Positions 1 through 10,418 of a DNA stretch of 64,000 nt are shown piece by piece. The stretch's first letter is position 1. Every line of letters begins with the position of its first letter. The stretch lies in the NCBI GenBank assembly GCA_963767005.1, contig CAVYCN010000002.1, forward strand, positions 625,028 through 689,027. The letters run 5' to 3'. The translations under genes were made by a program, and so were the position numbers. The notes below the pieces were generated by a model that searched no databases, had not been told where the DNA came from, and was given only the letters and a program-made list of their open reading frames with translations. The stretch is from an uncultured Actinomycetes bacterium (lineage in GTDB: Bacteria > Actinomycetota > Thermoleophilia > UBA2241).

Positions 1-105
1 TTCCCCGCCGGGGACGACCTCACGCTCGTCTGCCGATCGGCTCTTCTCGGCGATCGCGCGCGGGCCCGCGCGACGGCTCGTGCTATCGTTGACACCGGCC
101 GCCCT

Positions 106-615
106 GTGGAGGACGTCATCGAGCCCGACCTGCGTTACCGCGACGCCGACTATCGCCTGGCCGACCTCGTCGTCGCCCTGCTCGCCTTCGACCGCCGCGA
201 GTGCGGCGAGAACTCCACCTTCTCATATGTGACGACGACCGGGTCGCAAGGCGGCCACACTCCCGCCGGCGAGCACCGGCCGCGGGAGCGGGTGTCGCGC
301 CTGCTGCGAGCCGTCGCCGACGGCGCCTGGCTGTTCCTGCCCTTCTGCGTGTTCTCCGCCGACCACGCACGCTGCGCCGACGGCGCCCGCCCCGGGCGCC
401 GGCCCGCCTCGGAGCGGGCCGGCGCGGGCTGGCTCGGCCGGGCCCGCGCCGGCGACTGCGTCGGCGTGCTGCTGAGTCGCGAGGGCGAGTCGCTCGTGGT
501 GCGGCCGGCCTTCAACGAGTGGCGCGGCGGCGACTCGCTGATCGCGGTCGCCGACGACCTGGCCGCGCTGGGCGCGCCCCTCCGGCGGTTCATCGACTCG
601 TTCGCGCGGCGCTGA
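106..615 (+). CDS. hypothetical protein
   Basis: 169-aa ORF with GC-rich third codon positions; no motif recognised. Confidence 0.4.
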   Translation: MEDVIEPDLRYRDADYRLADLVVALLAFDRRECGENSTFSYVTTTGSQGGHTPAGEHRPRERVSRLLRAVADGAWLFLPFCVFSADHARCADGARPGRRPASERAGAGWLGRARAGDCVGVLLSREGESLVVRPAFNEWRGGDSLIAVADDLAALGAPLRRFIDSFARR

Positions 616-785
616 CGCTCGCTCAGGGGTCGGGAACCCGGTTCCCACGCTTGTGCGGAGCGGCCCGCCCTGGGCCGACCTCTCGGCGGGCGACAACGTC
701 AACCTGAGCACCACACCACCGGACCCGAGACGCGACGGGAGGGCGAGCCTCCTGCGGCTCGCCCTCCCGTCGGCGCGGTCGGTCG

Positions 786-856
786 GCGCGCCCGCCGTTG
801 CCAGGCCCAGGGCGCTCCGTTCACAAGCGCGCCCGCCGTTGCCAGGCCCAGGGCGC
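786..856. repeat. 30-bp direct repeat x2 (GCGCGCCCGCCGTTGCCAGGCCCAGGGCGC), 11-bp spacer
   Basis: Identical copies at 786-815 and 827-856. Confidence 0.8.
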
Positions 857-946
857 GCCCCCGCTTTCGTGGCGCGAGGCCGGCACGGCCTCGCGCCTGC
901 GGTGCGCCCGCCGGTCGTCGGCCCGGGCGCGCCGCCGCCGGCCGTG

Positions 947-1510
947 CTAGCTTGCCATCGGCACCGTCTGCACGACCGTGCTCTTCGTGCCGTCCCGACC
1001 GACGGCGTAGATCTCGATCTGCCCCCCCACCTCATGCGGGTCGACGACGTAGTCGATCACGATCGTGCCGCGCAACCTGGCCACGGTCAGGTCGCTCGCG
1101 GCGTACCTGTCGGCCGCGAAGCCGGGGGCGCTCGTGATCCAGATGGCGGGCGGGGTGCCGCCCGCGGGCAGCGTGTCTTTGTCGACGACGCGGTCCGAGC
1201 CGGTGCAGGGGTTGACGACATGCAGGTCGCCGCCGACCCGGCGTCCGTTGCTCAGGTCGCCTGCGAGCCACCCGCGAGCAACCGTGACGGCGCCGGTGAG
1301 CGAGGTCGGTCCGGCGTCCTGCACGTCGGCCCACGACGTCTGGACCGGCGTGGTCACGTTGCGCGCGTTGGCGACGAGCAGCACGTCTTCGGCTTTGCTC
1401 CGCTCGCTCGCGTACACAGGACAGGCCACCACGCTGACGACGCCGAGCGCGACCACGACGATCAGCAGCTCGAGGAGGCTGAAGCCCCGCTGGTCGTGAC
1501 GTCGTCTCAT
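947..1510 (-). CDS. type IV pilin / prepilin-type N-terminal cleavage-methylation protein
   Basis: MRRRHDQRG|FSLLELLIVVVALGVV class III signal; GGAGGAG RBS before ATG 1510. Confidence 0.85.
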   Translation of the reverse strand: MRRRHDQRGFSLLELLIVVVALGVVSVVACPVYASERSKAEDVLLVANARNVTTPVQTSWADVQDAGPTSLTGAVTVARGWLAGDLSNGRRVGGDLHVVNPCTGSDRVVDKDTLPAGGTPPAIWITSAPGFAADRYAASDLTVARLRGTIVIDYVVDPHEVGGQIEIYAVGRDGTKSTVVQTVPMAS

Positions 1511-1649
1511 GGTCTCCTCCCAAGGCCTCGTCGTCTCTGCGTTACACAGCATCGGGCGCCGCCTTCCTGACGTCCATGGGCATCGCTCCCTATTTCCGGC
1601 TCCCGGGCAAGGGTGACGGACTCCGCGGGGGTGTGTAGAGTGCTCAAGC

Positions 1650-2528
1650 GTGAGGGTCCTGCCCGAAGCGCTCCCAGACGCCCCCCACGTCGGACCGACG
1701 CCCGTGCGTGTCGGCGGCATGGCGTTCGGCAACGGCGTGCTCATGAGGAGCGTACGGTTCTGGGCCTGGGCCCGCGACGACGGCAGCGTCCTCGACGGCC
1801 CCGTGCTCAGCCTGCTCGACCGCTACCCCCTGCTGCGCTGGCCGCTCGTACGCTCGCTCGTCGCCTTCGCCGAGATGGTCGTCTTCGCCGTGCGGCTCCA
1901 CCGGCGCAACGGTCGCCGCCCGAACGGCCGGCTGCTCGCCTGGCTCGGGCTGTGCCTGGTGGCCGGCGCGTGCCTCGACGAGGCGGCCGGCGGCCTGGGC
2001 GCCGCTGGTCTGCCCGGCGAACTCGCCGTGGACATCGCCAGCGTCGCGCTCGCCCTGGCGGCGCTCCGCCTGGGCATGGGCCGCGACGTGTGGCGCTACC
2101 ACGGCGCCGAGCACAAGGCGGTCAACGCCTACGAGGCCGGCGCCGACCTCTCCGACCTGGATGCCGTGGGCCGCTTCAGCCGTGTCCACGACCGCTGCGG
2201 CACCAACCTCACCGTGATCATCGTGGCGCTCTCGCTCGCCTACCTGCCGTTCGGCGCCGGGTCGGTCGGCGAGGCGCTCGGCATCGCCTACGGCCTGCTG
2301 GCAGTGGCCGTCTCGCTCGAGCTCTTCCGCCTGGTCACGCGCCGGCCGCAGCTGCTCGCCTGCCGGGCCGTGCTCCTGCCCGGCCGCGCCCTGCAACGCT
2401 GCTGCACGACGCGCGACCCGCGGCGGGACCAGCTGGCGCTCGCCTGCCTGGCCCTCGGTCGGGTCGTCGCGCTCGAACGAGGGATGGCCGTCCCTCAGAT
2501 CGCCGGCGTCGGCGCGGACGACGTCTGA
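1650..2528 (+). CDS. DUF1385 (YqhQ-like) membrane protein
   Basis: VGGMAFGNGVLMR, YHGAEHK and SRVHDRCGT motifs. Confidence 0.85.
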   Translation: MRVLPEALPDAPHVGPTPVRVGGMAFGNGVLMRSVRFWAWARDDGSVLDGPVLSLLDRYPLLRWPLVRSLVAFAEMVVFAVRLHRRNGRRPNGRLLAWLGLCLVAGACLDEAAGGLGAAGLPGELAVDIASVALALAALRLGMGRDVWRYHGAEHKAVNAYEAGADLSDLDAVGRFSRVHDRCGTNLTVIIVALSLAYLPFGAGSVGEALGIAYGLLAVAVSLELFRLVTRRPQLLACRAVLLPGRALQRCCTTRDPRRDQLALACLALGRVVALERGMAVPQIAGVGADDV

Positions 2529-2598
2529 CCGACACGGTCCGCGCGGACCATGCGGCGCCGATGGAGCGCGACGGGGGAGCTATCGACCGCCCTGAACG

Positions 2599-2928
2599 GT
2601 GAGGCCGCACGACCCCCTGGGAAGCGAGATTGCCAGACCCTGCCCAGGCGTCGGCGCCGGCGGGCGCCGCGCACGTCGGCGGAGGGAGCGAGGAAGGGCG
2701 CTCCCGCCGCCGTTCCTGCGCGAACGGCGGCGCTCCCGCACGACCGGGGAACACCTTCTGCCGGACACCCGGACCGAGGAGTCCACGCTCGCCAGCCTGA
2801 CCGCGCACACCACGCGCCGCTTCGCCGTGCCCGACCTGCGCCGCGCCGGCCTGCTCGTGGGCGGCATCCTGCTCATCGTCGGCTTCGGCCTCATCATCTA
2901 CGCGCTGCACTTCGGCACCACCCTCTGA
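2599..2928 (+). CDS. small membrane protein (true start probably near 2787)
   Basis: C-terminal hydrophobic helix AGLLVGGILLIVGFGLIIYAL; GAGGAG near 2777. Confidence 0.35.
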   Translation: MRPHDPLGSEIARPCPGVGAGGRRARRRRERGRALPPPFLRERRRSRTTGEHLLPDTRTEESTLASLTAHTTRRFAVPDLRRAGLLVGGILLIVGFGLIIYALHFGTTL

Positions 2929-2998
2929 GGACTCATGCCCCGCCACGCGAGACCCGGCGTGCCACGGCTACCCGGCGCGCCTGTAGTCCGAGACGAGT

Positions 2999-3709
2999 CT
3001 AGGCCAGGCCGGTCGCGGCCAGGAAGTTGGCGGCAAGGCGGTCGCAGAGCGCCGCCGAGGCCGGCAGGCGCACGCGGCTCTCGGCGAGCAGGGTGTCGGC
3101 ATCGGAGGCGGCGACCTCGCGCGCCGACCGCGCGTCCTCGCCGAACCACCCGGCGACGATCTCGAAGGTCACCTCGGGGTGGAACTGGACGCCCCACGCG
3201 GCGGCGCCGACCCGGAACACCTGCGGGTCGCCATCGCCACTCGCCGAGAGCACCGCCTGCTCGGGCAGGCGACAGGCGTACCAGCGCCAGTGGAAGACAC
3301 GCGTCGTGGGGTCGATACCGGCGAGCAGCGGATCGTCGTCCTGCACGGTGAAGGGGCGCCAGCCGAGACCCAGGCTCACGCGCCGCCTCACCCCGCCCCC
3401 GCAGGCAGCGGCGAGCTGCTGCGCGCCCAGACAGATACCGAGGGTGGGCAGGCCGGTCGCCACGGCCTCGCGCAGGAGCTCCCGCTCGGCGAGCAGGAAG
3501 GGGAACCGCTCCTCTTGGCCGACGTTCATGTCGCCGCCGAGCACGATCAGGGCGTCGTGGCCGTCGAGGTGCGCCGGCGTCGCGTCGCCGGCGCACAGGA
3601 CGCGCTCGTCGAGGCGCAGGCCGGCGGCCCGCAGCGCCCGACCGAACAGACCGGCCGGCGCCGCCGGCTCGTGCTGCAGGACCAGGGCGAGCGGCGCGCG
3701 ATCGCTCAC
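2999..3709 (-). CDS. type 1 glutamine amidotransferase
   Basis: LGICLGAQQLA nucleophile elbow and GVQFHPE. Confidence 0.9.
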   Translation of the reverse strand: MSDRAPLALVLQHEPAAPAGLFGRALRAAGLRLDERVLCAGDATPAHLDGHDALIVLGGDMNVGQEERFPFLLAERELLREAVATGLPTLGICLGAQQLAAACGGGVRRRVSLGLGWRPFTVQDDDPLLAGIDPTTRVFHWRWYACRLPEQAVLSASGDGDPQVFRVGAAAWGVQFHPEVTFEIVAGWFGEDARSAREVAASDADTLLAESRVRLPASAALCDRLAANFLAATGLA

Positions 3710-3712
3710 GGC

Positions 3713-4246
3713 CTACCTCACCCGGGTCACGAAGTCGGGCTTGCGCGGGGCCGGCTCGGGCAGCTCGCCGTCGGGATAGCCCAGGATGCAGGCCCCGACG
3801 CCGACGTAGTCGCCGACGATGCCCCACGCGCGCAAGAGGGCCTTGCCCTCGTCGGTCTCGAACATCTGCCGCTCGCGGTTGACCCAGCACGAGCCGAGAC
3901 CGAGCGAGTGGGCTGCGTTGAACATGTTGCCGAGGGCCAGCGCGGCGTCTTCGACGGGCGTCGACACCGTGCGGTCGGCCAGCACGAGCACGATGGTCGG
4001 CGCCCCATAGTACGGGTCGTCGTCGCTCGGGCGCACGTCACGGTTCATGCGGCTGAGCCGCGCCCTCGTGGCGACGTCCTGCACCACGACGAACCGCGCC
4101 GACTGGCGGTTGTTGCCGCTCGGCGCGTACATGCCGGCCCGCAGCACGGCCTCGAGCTCGTCGTCGCGGATCTGGTCCGGCCTGAAGCGCCGCACGCTCC
4201 GCCTGCCGAGCAGGGTCCCGATCGTCTCGTTCATCAGCCTGGTCAT
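3713..4246 (-). CDS. nitroreductase family protein
   Basis: RRSVRRF, APSGNNRQ, AHSLGLGSCW. Confidence 0.9.
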   Translation of the reverse strand: MTRLMNETIGTLLGRRSVRRFRPDQIRDDELEAVLRAGMYAPSGNNRQSARFVVVQDVATRARLSRMNRDVRPSDDDPYYGAPTIVLVLADRTVSTPVEDAALALGNMFNAAHSLGLGSCWVNRERQMFETDEGKALLRAWGIVGDYVGVGACILGYPDGELPEPAPRKPDFVTRVR

Positions 4247-4398
4247 GGTTTCACGATATACCCTGGCAAGATACATCGCATCAGCCAATCTGATTGAATC
4301 TCCCGGCCGAACGGGTACACTCATGAGCACCGCCCCGGCCCGTCGCGACCGCTCCGTGCGCCGGGACGGGCATCGCCGCAATCACGACTATCGATGAG

Positions 4399-4899
4399 GT
4401 GTCCATGACGTCTACCGCCGCACGGGCAAGCCTGGCGAGCGACATCGCCGACAACTTGCGCCGGGTCTACGCCACCCTTCAGCACTTCAACGTGCCGACC
4501 TGGCTCGAGCTCGACCTCACGATGGCGCAGTTCAAGGCGCTCGTCGCGGTGCAGCGCCACCCGGACACCTCGCTGTCCGAGGTCGGCCGCCGGCTGTCGA
4601 TCGGCGAGTCGGCCGCGAGCCTGCTGGTCGACCAGCTCGTGCGCCGCGGCTACGTCGAGCGGGGCACCGACCCCGACGACCGCCGGCGCGTGCGCCTGAA
4701 CGCAAGCGAGCACGGCCGGCGCCAGCTCGACGAGCTCCGACAAGTCAGCGGCGCGACGGTCGCGGCCTGGCTCGTCGGCCTGGCCGACGACGACCTCGAG
4801 GCGCTCGCGCGCGGGTTGCGGGCCCTGGCCGTCACGGTCGGACCGGCGGTCACCGACGACAGATCCCCACACGACGAACGACAGGGTGTGACGGCATGA
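4399..4899 (+). CDS. MarR family transcriptional regulator
   Basis: LTMAQF...LVDQLVRRGYVER...DRRRV winged helix. Confidence 0.9.
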   Translation: MSMTSTAARASLASDIADNLRRVYATLQHFNVPTWLELDLTMAQFKALVAVQRHPDTSLSEVGRRLSIGESAASLLVDQLVRRGYVERGTDPDDRRRVRLNASEHGRRQLDELRQVSGATVAAWLVGLADDDLEALARGLRALAVTVGPAVTDDRSPHDERQGVTA

Positions 4900-6710
4900 C
4901 GACAGATGATCGACAGGCGACGACCTACGGCCCCGTCGCCCCGCCCGGGAGCGACGCGCGACCGCCGCGCGGCGCGGCCGGCCCGCGGCGCCACGTGGCC
5001 TACAAATGGGTCGTCCTCTCGTGCACGACCTTCGGCGTGCTCATGGCCATGATCAACGCCTCGAGCCTGCTGATCGCTCTGCCGGCGATCTTCCGCGGCA
5101 TCGGTCTGAACCCGCTCGACGCCGGCAACTTCACCTATCTCCTCTGGATCCTGATGGGCTACGGCCTGGTCGCGGCGGCCCTCGTCGTGACCGCCGGACG
5201 GATCGGCGACATGTACGGCCGCGTACGCATGTTCAAGTTCGGCTTCGTGATCTTCACGGCGGCCGCGCTCGGCCTGACGCTCATCTGGAGCAGAGGCGCG
5301 GCCGGGGCCACCGAGATCATCGCCTTCCGCATGGTCCAGGCGGTGGGCGGCTCCATGATGATGGCCAACTCGGCCGCGATCATCACCGACGCGTTCCCCC
5401 ACGACCAGCGCGGCATGGCACTCGGCATCAACGGTGTGTCCATGCTGGCCGGCTCCTTCATCGGCCTGATCGCGGGCGGTGTGCTCGCGGCTGTCGATTG
5501 GCGCCTGGTCTTCGCCATCAACGTGCCGATCGGCCTGATCGGCATCCTCTGGGCCTTCTGGCAGCTCCACGAGATCGGCGAGCGCCACCGCGCCCGCATC
5601 GACTGGGCCGGCAATCTCACCTTCGCCGCCGGCCTCGCCATGGTGCTCACCGGCATCACCTACGGGATCAAGCCTTACGGCGCCTCGAACATGGGTTGGG
5701 CGAACCCCTTCGTGATCGGCATGATCGCCGGCGGCATCGCGGTGCTCGTCGCCTTCGTCTTCGTCGAGCTGCGCATCGACCAGCCCATGTTCCATCTCGA
5801 CCTGTTTCGCATCCGCGCCTTCGCCGCCGGCAACCTTGCCGTGGTGCTCTCCTCGCTCGCCCAGAGCGGCATGCAGTTCATGCTGATCATGTGGCTGCAG
5901 GGCATCTGGCTGCCGTTGCACGGCTACAGCTTCGAGCAGACTCCGCTCTGGGCCGGCATCTACATGCTGCCGCTCACCGTCGGCTTTCTCTGCGCCGGGC
6001 CACTGTCGGGCGTCCTGTCCGACCGCTACGGCGCGCGACCCTTCGCCACCGCGGGCATGCTCGTCGCCGCGGCCAGCTTCCTGCTGCTCATGACCCTGCC
6101 GGCGAACTTCGCCTACTGGACCTTCGCCGTCGTGCTCTTCTTGAACGGCATCTCGTTCGGCATGTTCGCGGCGCCCAACACGGCGGCCATCATGAACAGC
6201 GTGCCGGCCCGCGACCGCGGCGTCGCCTCGGGCATGCGGGCCACGTGCCAGATGCTCGGTCAACCCCTGTCGATCGGCATCTTCTTCAGCCTCATGGTGG
6301 TCGGTCTCACAGCCCACGTACCGGCCGCGATGTACGCCGGCCTCACCGCCCAGCACGTGCCGGCCCAGGTCGCGACGCCGCTCTCGCACATGCCGCCCAC
6401 CGGCTACCTGTTCGCCGCCTTCCTGGGCTTCAACCCGCTCAAGCAGCTCCTCGGCGTGCACGTCCTGCACCTTGTGCCGGTGGCAAGCGCCCACGTGCTC
6501 GTGAGCAAGGCCTTCTTCCCCATGCTCATCGCCAAGCCGTTCAAGGACGGCATCGTCGACGTGCTGATCTTCGCCGCCGCCATGTGCGCGGTCGCGGCCC
6601 TGGCGTCGTGGCTGCGAGGCGGCAAGTTCGTGCATCACGAGGCACTCGCCGCCCACGGCCACGAGCATCACCGCGTCGCCGAGAGCGCCGGCGAGCCCAC
6701 GCAGGGCTGA
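4896..6710 (+). CDS. MFS drug:H+ antiporter (DHA2/EmrB-like)
   Basis: GRIGDMYGRVR motif A, many TM segments, coupled to marR by an ATGA overlap. Confidence 0.9.
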   Translation: MTTDDRQATTYGPVAPPGSDARPPRGAAGPRRHVAYKWVVLSCTTFGVLMAMINASSLLIALPAIFRGIGLNPLDAGNFTYLLWILMGYGLVAAALVVTAGRIGDMYGRVRMFKFGFVIFTAAALGLTLIWSRGAAGATEIIAFRMVQAVGGSMMMANSAAIITDAFPHDQRGMALGINGVSMLAGSFIGLIAGGVLAAVDWRLVFAINVPIGLIGILWAFWQLHEIGERHRARIDWAGNLTFAAGLAMVLTGITYGIKPYGASNMGWANPFVIGMIAGGIAVLVAFVFVELRIDQPMFHLDLFRIRAFAAGNLAVVLSSLAQSGMQFMLIMWLQGIWLPLHGYSFEQTPLWAGIYMLPLTVGFLCAGPLSGVLSDRYGARPFATAGMLVAAASFLLLMTLPANFAYWTFAVVLFLNGISFGMFAAPNTAAIMNSVPARDRGVASGMRATCQMLGQPLSIGIFFSLMVVGLTAHVPAAMYAGLTAQHVPAQVATPLSHMPPTGYLFAAFLGFNPLKQLLGVHVLHLVPVASAHVLVSKAFFPMLIAKPFKDGIVDVLIFAAAMCAVAALASWLRGGKFVHHEALAAHGHEHHRVAESAGEPTQG

Positions 6711-6875
6711 CCCCGTCGTCGGCGCGGGCCGCCGCCCCGCCGGCACCGACACGCGACGCGCGGCGCCGGCGGGCGGTGGCGACCGGTGTCCACCGGTCGC
6801 CACCGCCCGCCGGCGCCTCCGGATGGTCGCCCACGGCCTCTAGACAGACGTCCCTGTCTGCGAATCTGGCAACGG

Positions 6876-6889
6876 GGCAGGCTGGTTGC
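6876..6889 (+). promoter_or_regulatory. possible sigma54-type -24/-12 promoter of pilin gene
   Basis: GGCAGGCTGGTTGC fits GG-N10-GC with TTGC, 40 bp upstream of the pilin ATG. Confidence 0.3.
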
Positions 6890-6929
6890 GAACAGAGTCC
6901 CGGATACCGAGGAGGAGGTGATCATCCAC

Positions 6930-7334
6930 ATGAAGCGTCTCGCCGCAGATCAGCGAGGGTTCACGCTGATCGAGCTCCTCATCGTCATCATCATCATCGG
7001 CATCCTCGCCGCGATCGCCATCCCGATGTTCCTGAACCAGCGCGGCAAGGCCAAGGACGCCGCCCTCAAGGACAGCCTCCACAGCATCCAGATCGGCGTC
7101 CAGAGCTACGCGCTCGACAACAGCGATACCTACCCGCCGTCGGTCGCCACGAGTGCCACACTCGTCGACCCGACCGGCAAGGCCTATGTCGACAACTGGC
7201 CGAAGAACCCGTTCACCAACCTGCCCATGAAGGACAGCTCGTCCCAGGGCGACTACACCTACTCCAAGCCGACCAGCAACAGCTACCGGCTCGTCGGCCA
7301 CGCCTCGAACGGCATCGACATCACGGTGCCCTGA
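6930..7334 (+). CDS. type IV major pilin / GspG-like pseudopilin
   Basis: QRG|FTLIELLIVIIIIGILAAIAIP; WPKNPF; GGAGG RBS. Confidence 0.92.
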   Translation: MKRLAADQRGFTLIELLIVIIIIGILAAIAIPMFLNQRGKAKDAALKDSLHSIQIGVQSYALDNSDTYPPSVATSATLVDPTGKAYVDNWPKNPFTNLPMKDSSSQGDYTYSKPTSNSYRLVGHASNGIDITVP

Positions 7335-7354
7335 CCTGCAGCGACATCCCATGC

Positions 7355-7400
7355 AGACGACGAGGGGCCGGCCCCTGACGGGGCCGGCCCCTCGTCGTCT
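7355..7400. terminator. perfect 21-bp hairpin between convergent genes
   Basis: AGACGACGAGGGGCCGGCCCC-TGAC-GGGGCCGGCCCCTCGTCGTCT. Confidence 0.8.
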
Positions 7401-7402
7401 CG

Positions 7403-8611
7403 TCAGGCCCGTCCCGGCAGGTTCCAGACCGTGCCCGGCGGCGCGGCGGCGGGGCGCGGCAGCAGCGCCGCGAGCGCCGCGACCGCCAGCGGCAGGGCGG
7501 CGATCACGTAGACCACGGCGACCGGTCCGGCGGCGTCGCCGAGCACGCCGAGCAGCGCCACGATCAGCCCGCCGACGCCGCTCGTGAAACCGATGGTGAG
7601 GCCCGTGGCGAGGCCCATGTGCCGCGGCAGGTACTCCTGGGCGAGGACGAGGGCGATGCCGACGTTGGTGTTCAGACAGAACCCCACGGGCACGGCGAGC
7701 ACGAGGATCCCCGCGTACCCCAGGCTGGGGACCAGGGCCAGCAGAGGCAGCAGCACGAGCTGCGGCCAGATCAGCACCGCGCGCCTGCCGAACCGCTGAG
7801 CGGCGATGCCGCCGGCCAGCGTGCCGAGCGCCTCGGCGCCGAGCAGCACGCCGGTGACGACGGTGCTCCAGCCCGGCGAAACGCCGCGCGTGCGCTCGAG
7901 GAACAGCGGCACGTAGGTGAGCAGGCCGATACTGACGCTGCCGGCGACGCAGAACTGCGCGAGCAGTAGACCGAACGGCCGCCACTCCGAGACGAGCGCC
8001 TCGACCGGCCGGAACCCTCCGTCGTCGCCGGCACGAGCACGAAAGCGCGCCAGGCCGACGGTCACGGCGACAGCCGCGGCCGCCGGCACGAGCATCATGA
8101 GCGGCGTGCCGTGCAGGCCAAGGGGGAGCACGACCGCAAGCACGAGCGGCGTGCTGAGGGCGTAGCCCAGCGTGCCGCCGACCGAGAAGACGCTCATGTC
8201 GGCGGCGACGCGCTCCCCGGACGCGAACCGGGCCCAGCGAGCTCCCTCTGGGTGGTACGCCGCGACTCCGGCGCTGCAGACCACGACGGCGAGGAGCGTG
8301 AGTGGGAAGCTCGGCGTCAGCCCGACCGTGCCGACACCGACGGCGGCGAGCGCGAGGCCGACCGGCAACAGCCATCGTGCCCTGCCGCTGCGGCTGTCGC
8401 CGTGCACGCCGACCGTGGGCTGCACCAGAGCGGTCGCGAGGCTGCCGACGAGGGCGAAGATGCCGGCCTGGCTCAAGCTGTAGTGGCGCGCGCCGGCGAG
8501 CGACGGCAGGAGCGCGAACAGGCCGCCGGAGCAGAGGTCGACGCTGCCGTGCCCGAGGGCGAGCGCGAGCAGGGTGGGCCGCGAGGCCGCGCGCGCGGCG
8601 ACGACGCTCAC
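7403..8611 (-). CDS. MFS transporter, FSR (fosmidomycin-resistance) type
   Basis: GHGSVD, AAYHPEG, AQEYLP motifs; about 12 TM segments. Confidence 0.85.
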   Translation of the reverse strand: MSVVAARAASRPTLLALALGHGSVDLCSGGLFALLPSLAGARHYSLSQAGIFALVGSLATALVQPTVGVHGDSRSGRARWLLPVGLALAAVGVGTVGLTPSFPLTLLAVVVCSAGVAAYHPEGARWARFASGERVAADMSVFSVGGTLGYALSTPLVLAVVLPLGLHGTPLMMLVPAAAAVAVTVGLARFRARAGDDGGFRPVEALVSEWRPFGLLLAQFCVAGSVSIGLLTYVPLFLERTRGVSPGWSTVVTGVLLGAEALGTLAGGIAAQRFGRRAVLIWPQLVLLPLLALVPSLGYAGILVLAVPVGFCLNTNVGIALVLAQEYLPRHMGLATGLTIGFTSGVGGLIVALLGVLGDAAGPVAVVYVIAALPLAVAALAALLPRPAAAPPGTVWNLPGRA

Positions 8612-8813
8612 CGGCGCTCGCGGCGCCGACCGCCGTCCGGCCGGGCGCCCGTCACGCCGTGTCCCTGTGCTGCGCTCCGACCCATCCCGCCCGGCACTCT
8701 ATCACCGCCGCGTGGCCGGCTCTCGCCCCGCCGGCGGACGTTCCGTATCCCCTGCACCACACCTGCTATGACAGAATGGAGCCACCGAAGAACGGACCGA
8801 GGAGGGGTCGACC

Positions 8814-10418
8814 GTGCGTCAGCGCTGCGCGTTGCTTTCCGTCTACGACAAGACCGGCATCGAGGACTTCGCCCGGACCCTGACCGAGTCGGGCTTTCGC
8901 ATCTACGCCTCGGGCGGCACCGCGCGCACGCTGGCGGCCGCGGGCATCGACACGACCGACGTCGCGACCCTCGTCGGCGGCGCCGCGATCCTCGGCCACC
9001 GCGTCGTCACGCTGTCGCGCGAGGTCCACGCCGGCCTGCTCGCCCGGCCGGTGCCCGAGGACTTGGCCGAGCTCGACGCGCTCGGAGTGCCGTTCATCGA
9101 CCTCGTCTGCGTCGACCTCTACCCGCTCACGGCCGAGATCGCACGGCCCGACGCCACGACTGCATCGGTGATCGAGAAGACCGACATCGGCGGGCCCACC
9201 ATGCTGCGCTCGGCGGCCAAGGGGCGACGCATCGTGGTCAGCCTGCCCGAGCAGCGCGCCGCGGTGCTCGCCTGGCTCGCCGCCGGCGAGCCCGACGCCG
9301 ACGCCTTCCGCAACGACCTGGCGGCGCGTGCCGAGGCGGTGGTCGCCGACTACTGCCTGGCGTCGGCCCGTTATCACTCGGACGGCCGTTTCGACGGCGT
9401 CGTGGCCCAGGCCGCGCAGACCCTCAAGTACGGCGAGAACGCGCCCCAGGCGCCCGCCCACCTCCTGACCGTGCCCACCGGCGACCCGCTCGCGCTCGAC
9501 CGGCTGACGCTGCTGGCCGGCACCGCGCCGAGCTACAACAACCTCGCCGAGGTCGCCCGCCAGATCCAGACCGTGACCCACGTCGCCGCCGGCTTCGAGC
9601 GCAACTTCGGCGCCGTACCCTGCATCGCGCTCGGCACCAAGCACGGCAACGCCTGCGGCGCGGCGGCGGGCGACGACCCCATCGACGTCGTGCGCACGAT
9701 GGTGATGGGCGACCCCCGCGCCATCTTCGGCGGCCTCGTCATGCTCAACTTCGCGGTGACCGAGGAGATCGCCGGCGAGCTGCTCACCTGGGGCGTGAGC
9801 GAGGGCCGCCGCGTGCTCGACGCCGTGACCGCACCGGCGTTCGAGCCCGCCGCCGTGCAGCTGCTGTCGCGCAAGGGCGACAAGTGCCGGTTCCTGGTAA
9901 GCGAGGCCCTGGGCTCGCTCGGCGTGGCGTCGCTCGACGCGACGCCGATGCTGCGCCAGGTGCGCGGCGGGTTCCTGCGTCAGCCCAACTACACGTTCGT
10001 GCCCGACCTGGCTGCCCCCGAGGTTGCCCGCATCGGCGAGCTCAGCGACGCGCAGCGCCGCGACCTCGTCCTGGCCTGGGCGATCTGCGCCACGTCGAAC
10101 TCGAACACGGTCACCCTCGTGCGCGAGGCCGGCCTGATCGGCAACGGCGTCGGCCAGCAGGACCGCGTCGGCTGCTGTGAGCTCGCCCTCAAGCGCGCGG
10201 CCGACGCCGGCCACGACGCGGCCGGCGCGATCGCGGCGAGCGACAGCTTCTTCCCGCGCTCGGACGGCCCGCAGACCCTGATCGACGCCGGCGTCGCCGC
10301 CATCTGGGCGACCTCGGGCTCGGTGCGCGACGGCGAGACGCAGGACCTCTGCCGCGCGCGCGGAGTGGCGCTCTGGCAGGTGCCCGACGCGGTCGGCCGC
10401 GGCTTCTTCGGGCATTAG
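8814..10418 (+). CDS. purH: bifunctional AICAR formyltransferase/IMP cyclohydrolase
   Basis: ALLSVYDKTG, DIGGPTMLRSAAK, LKYGEN, KHGNACG, GVGQQDRV, ASDSFFP. Confidence 0.93.
   Translation: MRQRCALLSVYDKTGIEDFARTLTESGFRIYASGGTARTLAAAGIDTTDVATLVGGAAILGHRVVTLSREVHAGLLARPVPEDLAELDALGVPFIDLVCVDLYPLTAEIARPDATTASVIEKTDIGGPTMLRSAAKGRRIVVSLPEQRAAVLAWLAAGEPDADAFRNDLAARAEAVVADYCLASARYHSDGRFDGVVAQAAQTLKYGENAPQAPAHLLTVPTGDPLALDRLTLLAGTAPSYNNLAEVARQIQTVTHVAAGFERNFGAVPCIALGTKHGNACGAAAGDDPIDVVRTMVMGDPRAIFGGLVMLNFAVTEEIAGELLTWGVSEGRRVLDAVTAPAFEPAAVQLLSRKGDKCRFLVSEALGSLGVASLDATPMLRQVRGGFLRQPNYTFVPDLAAPEVARIGELSDAQRRDLVLAWAICATSNSNTVTLVREAGLIGNGVGQQDRVGCCELALKRAADAGHDAAGAIAASDSFFPRSDGPQTLIDAGVAAIWATSGSVRDGETQDLCRARGVALWQVPDAVGRGFFGH

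Noticed and set aside
786-856. 30-bp direct repeat as a mini-CRISPR
   Set aside because: Only two copies with an 11-bp spacer; more likely a local duplication.
1511-1650. c-di-GMP riboswitch upstream of the pilin gene
   Set aside because: I could not match the conserved class I or II motifs by eye; an Infernal/Rfam scan would settle it.
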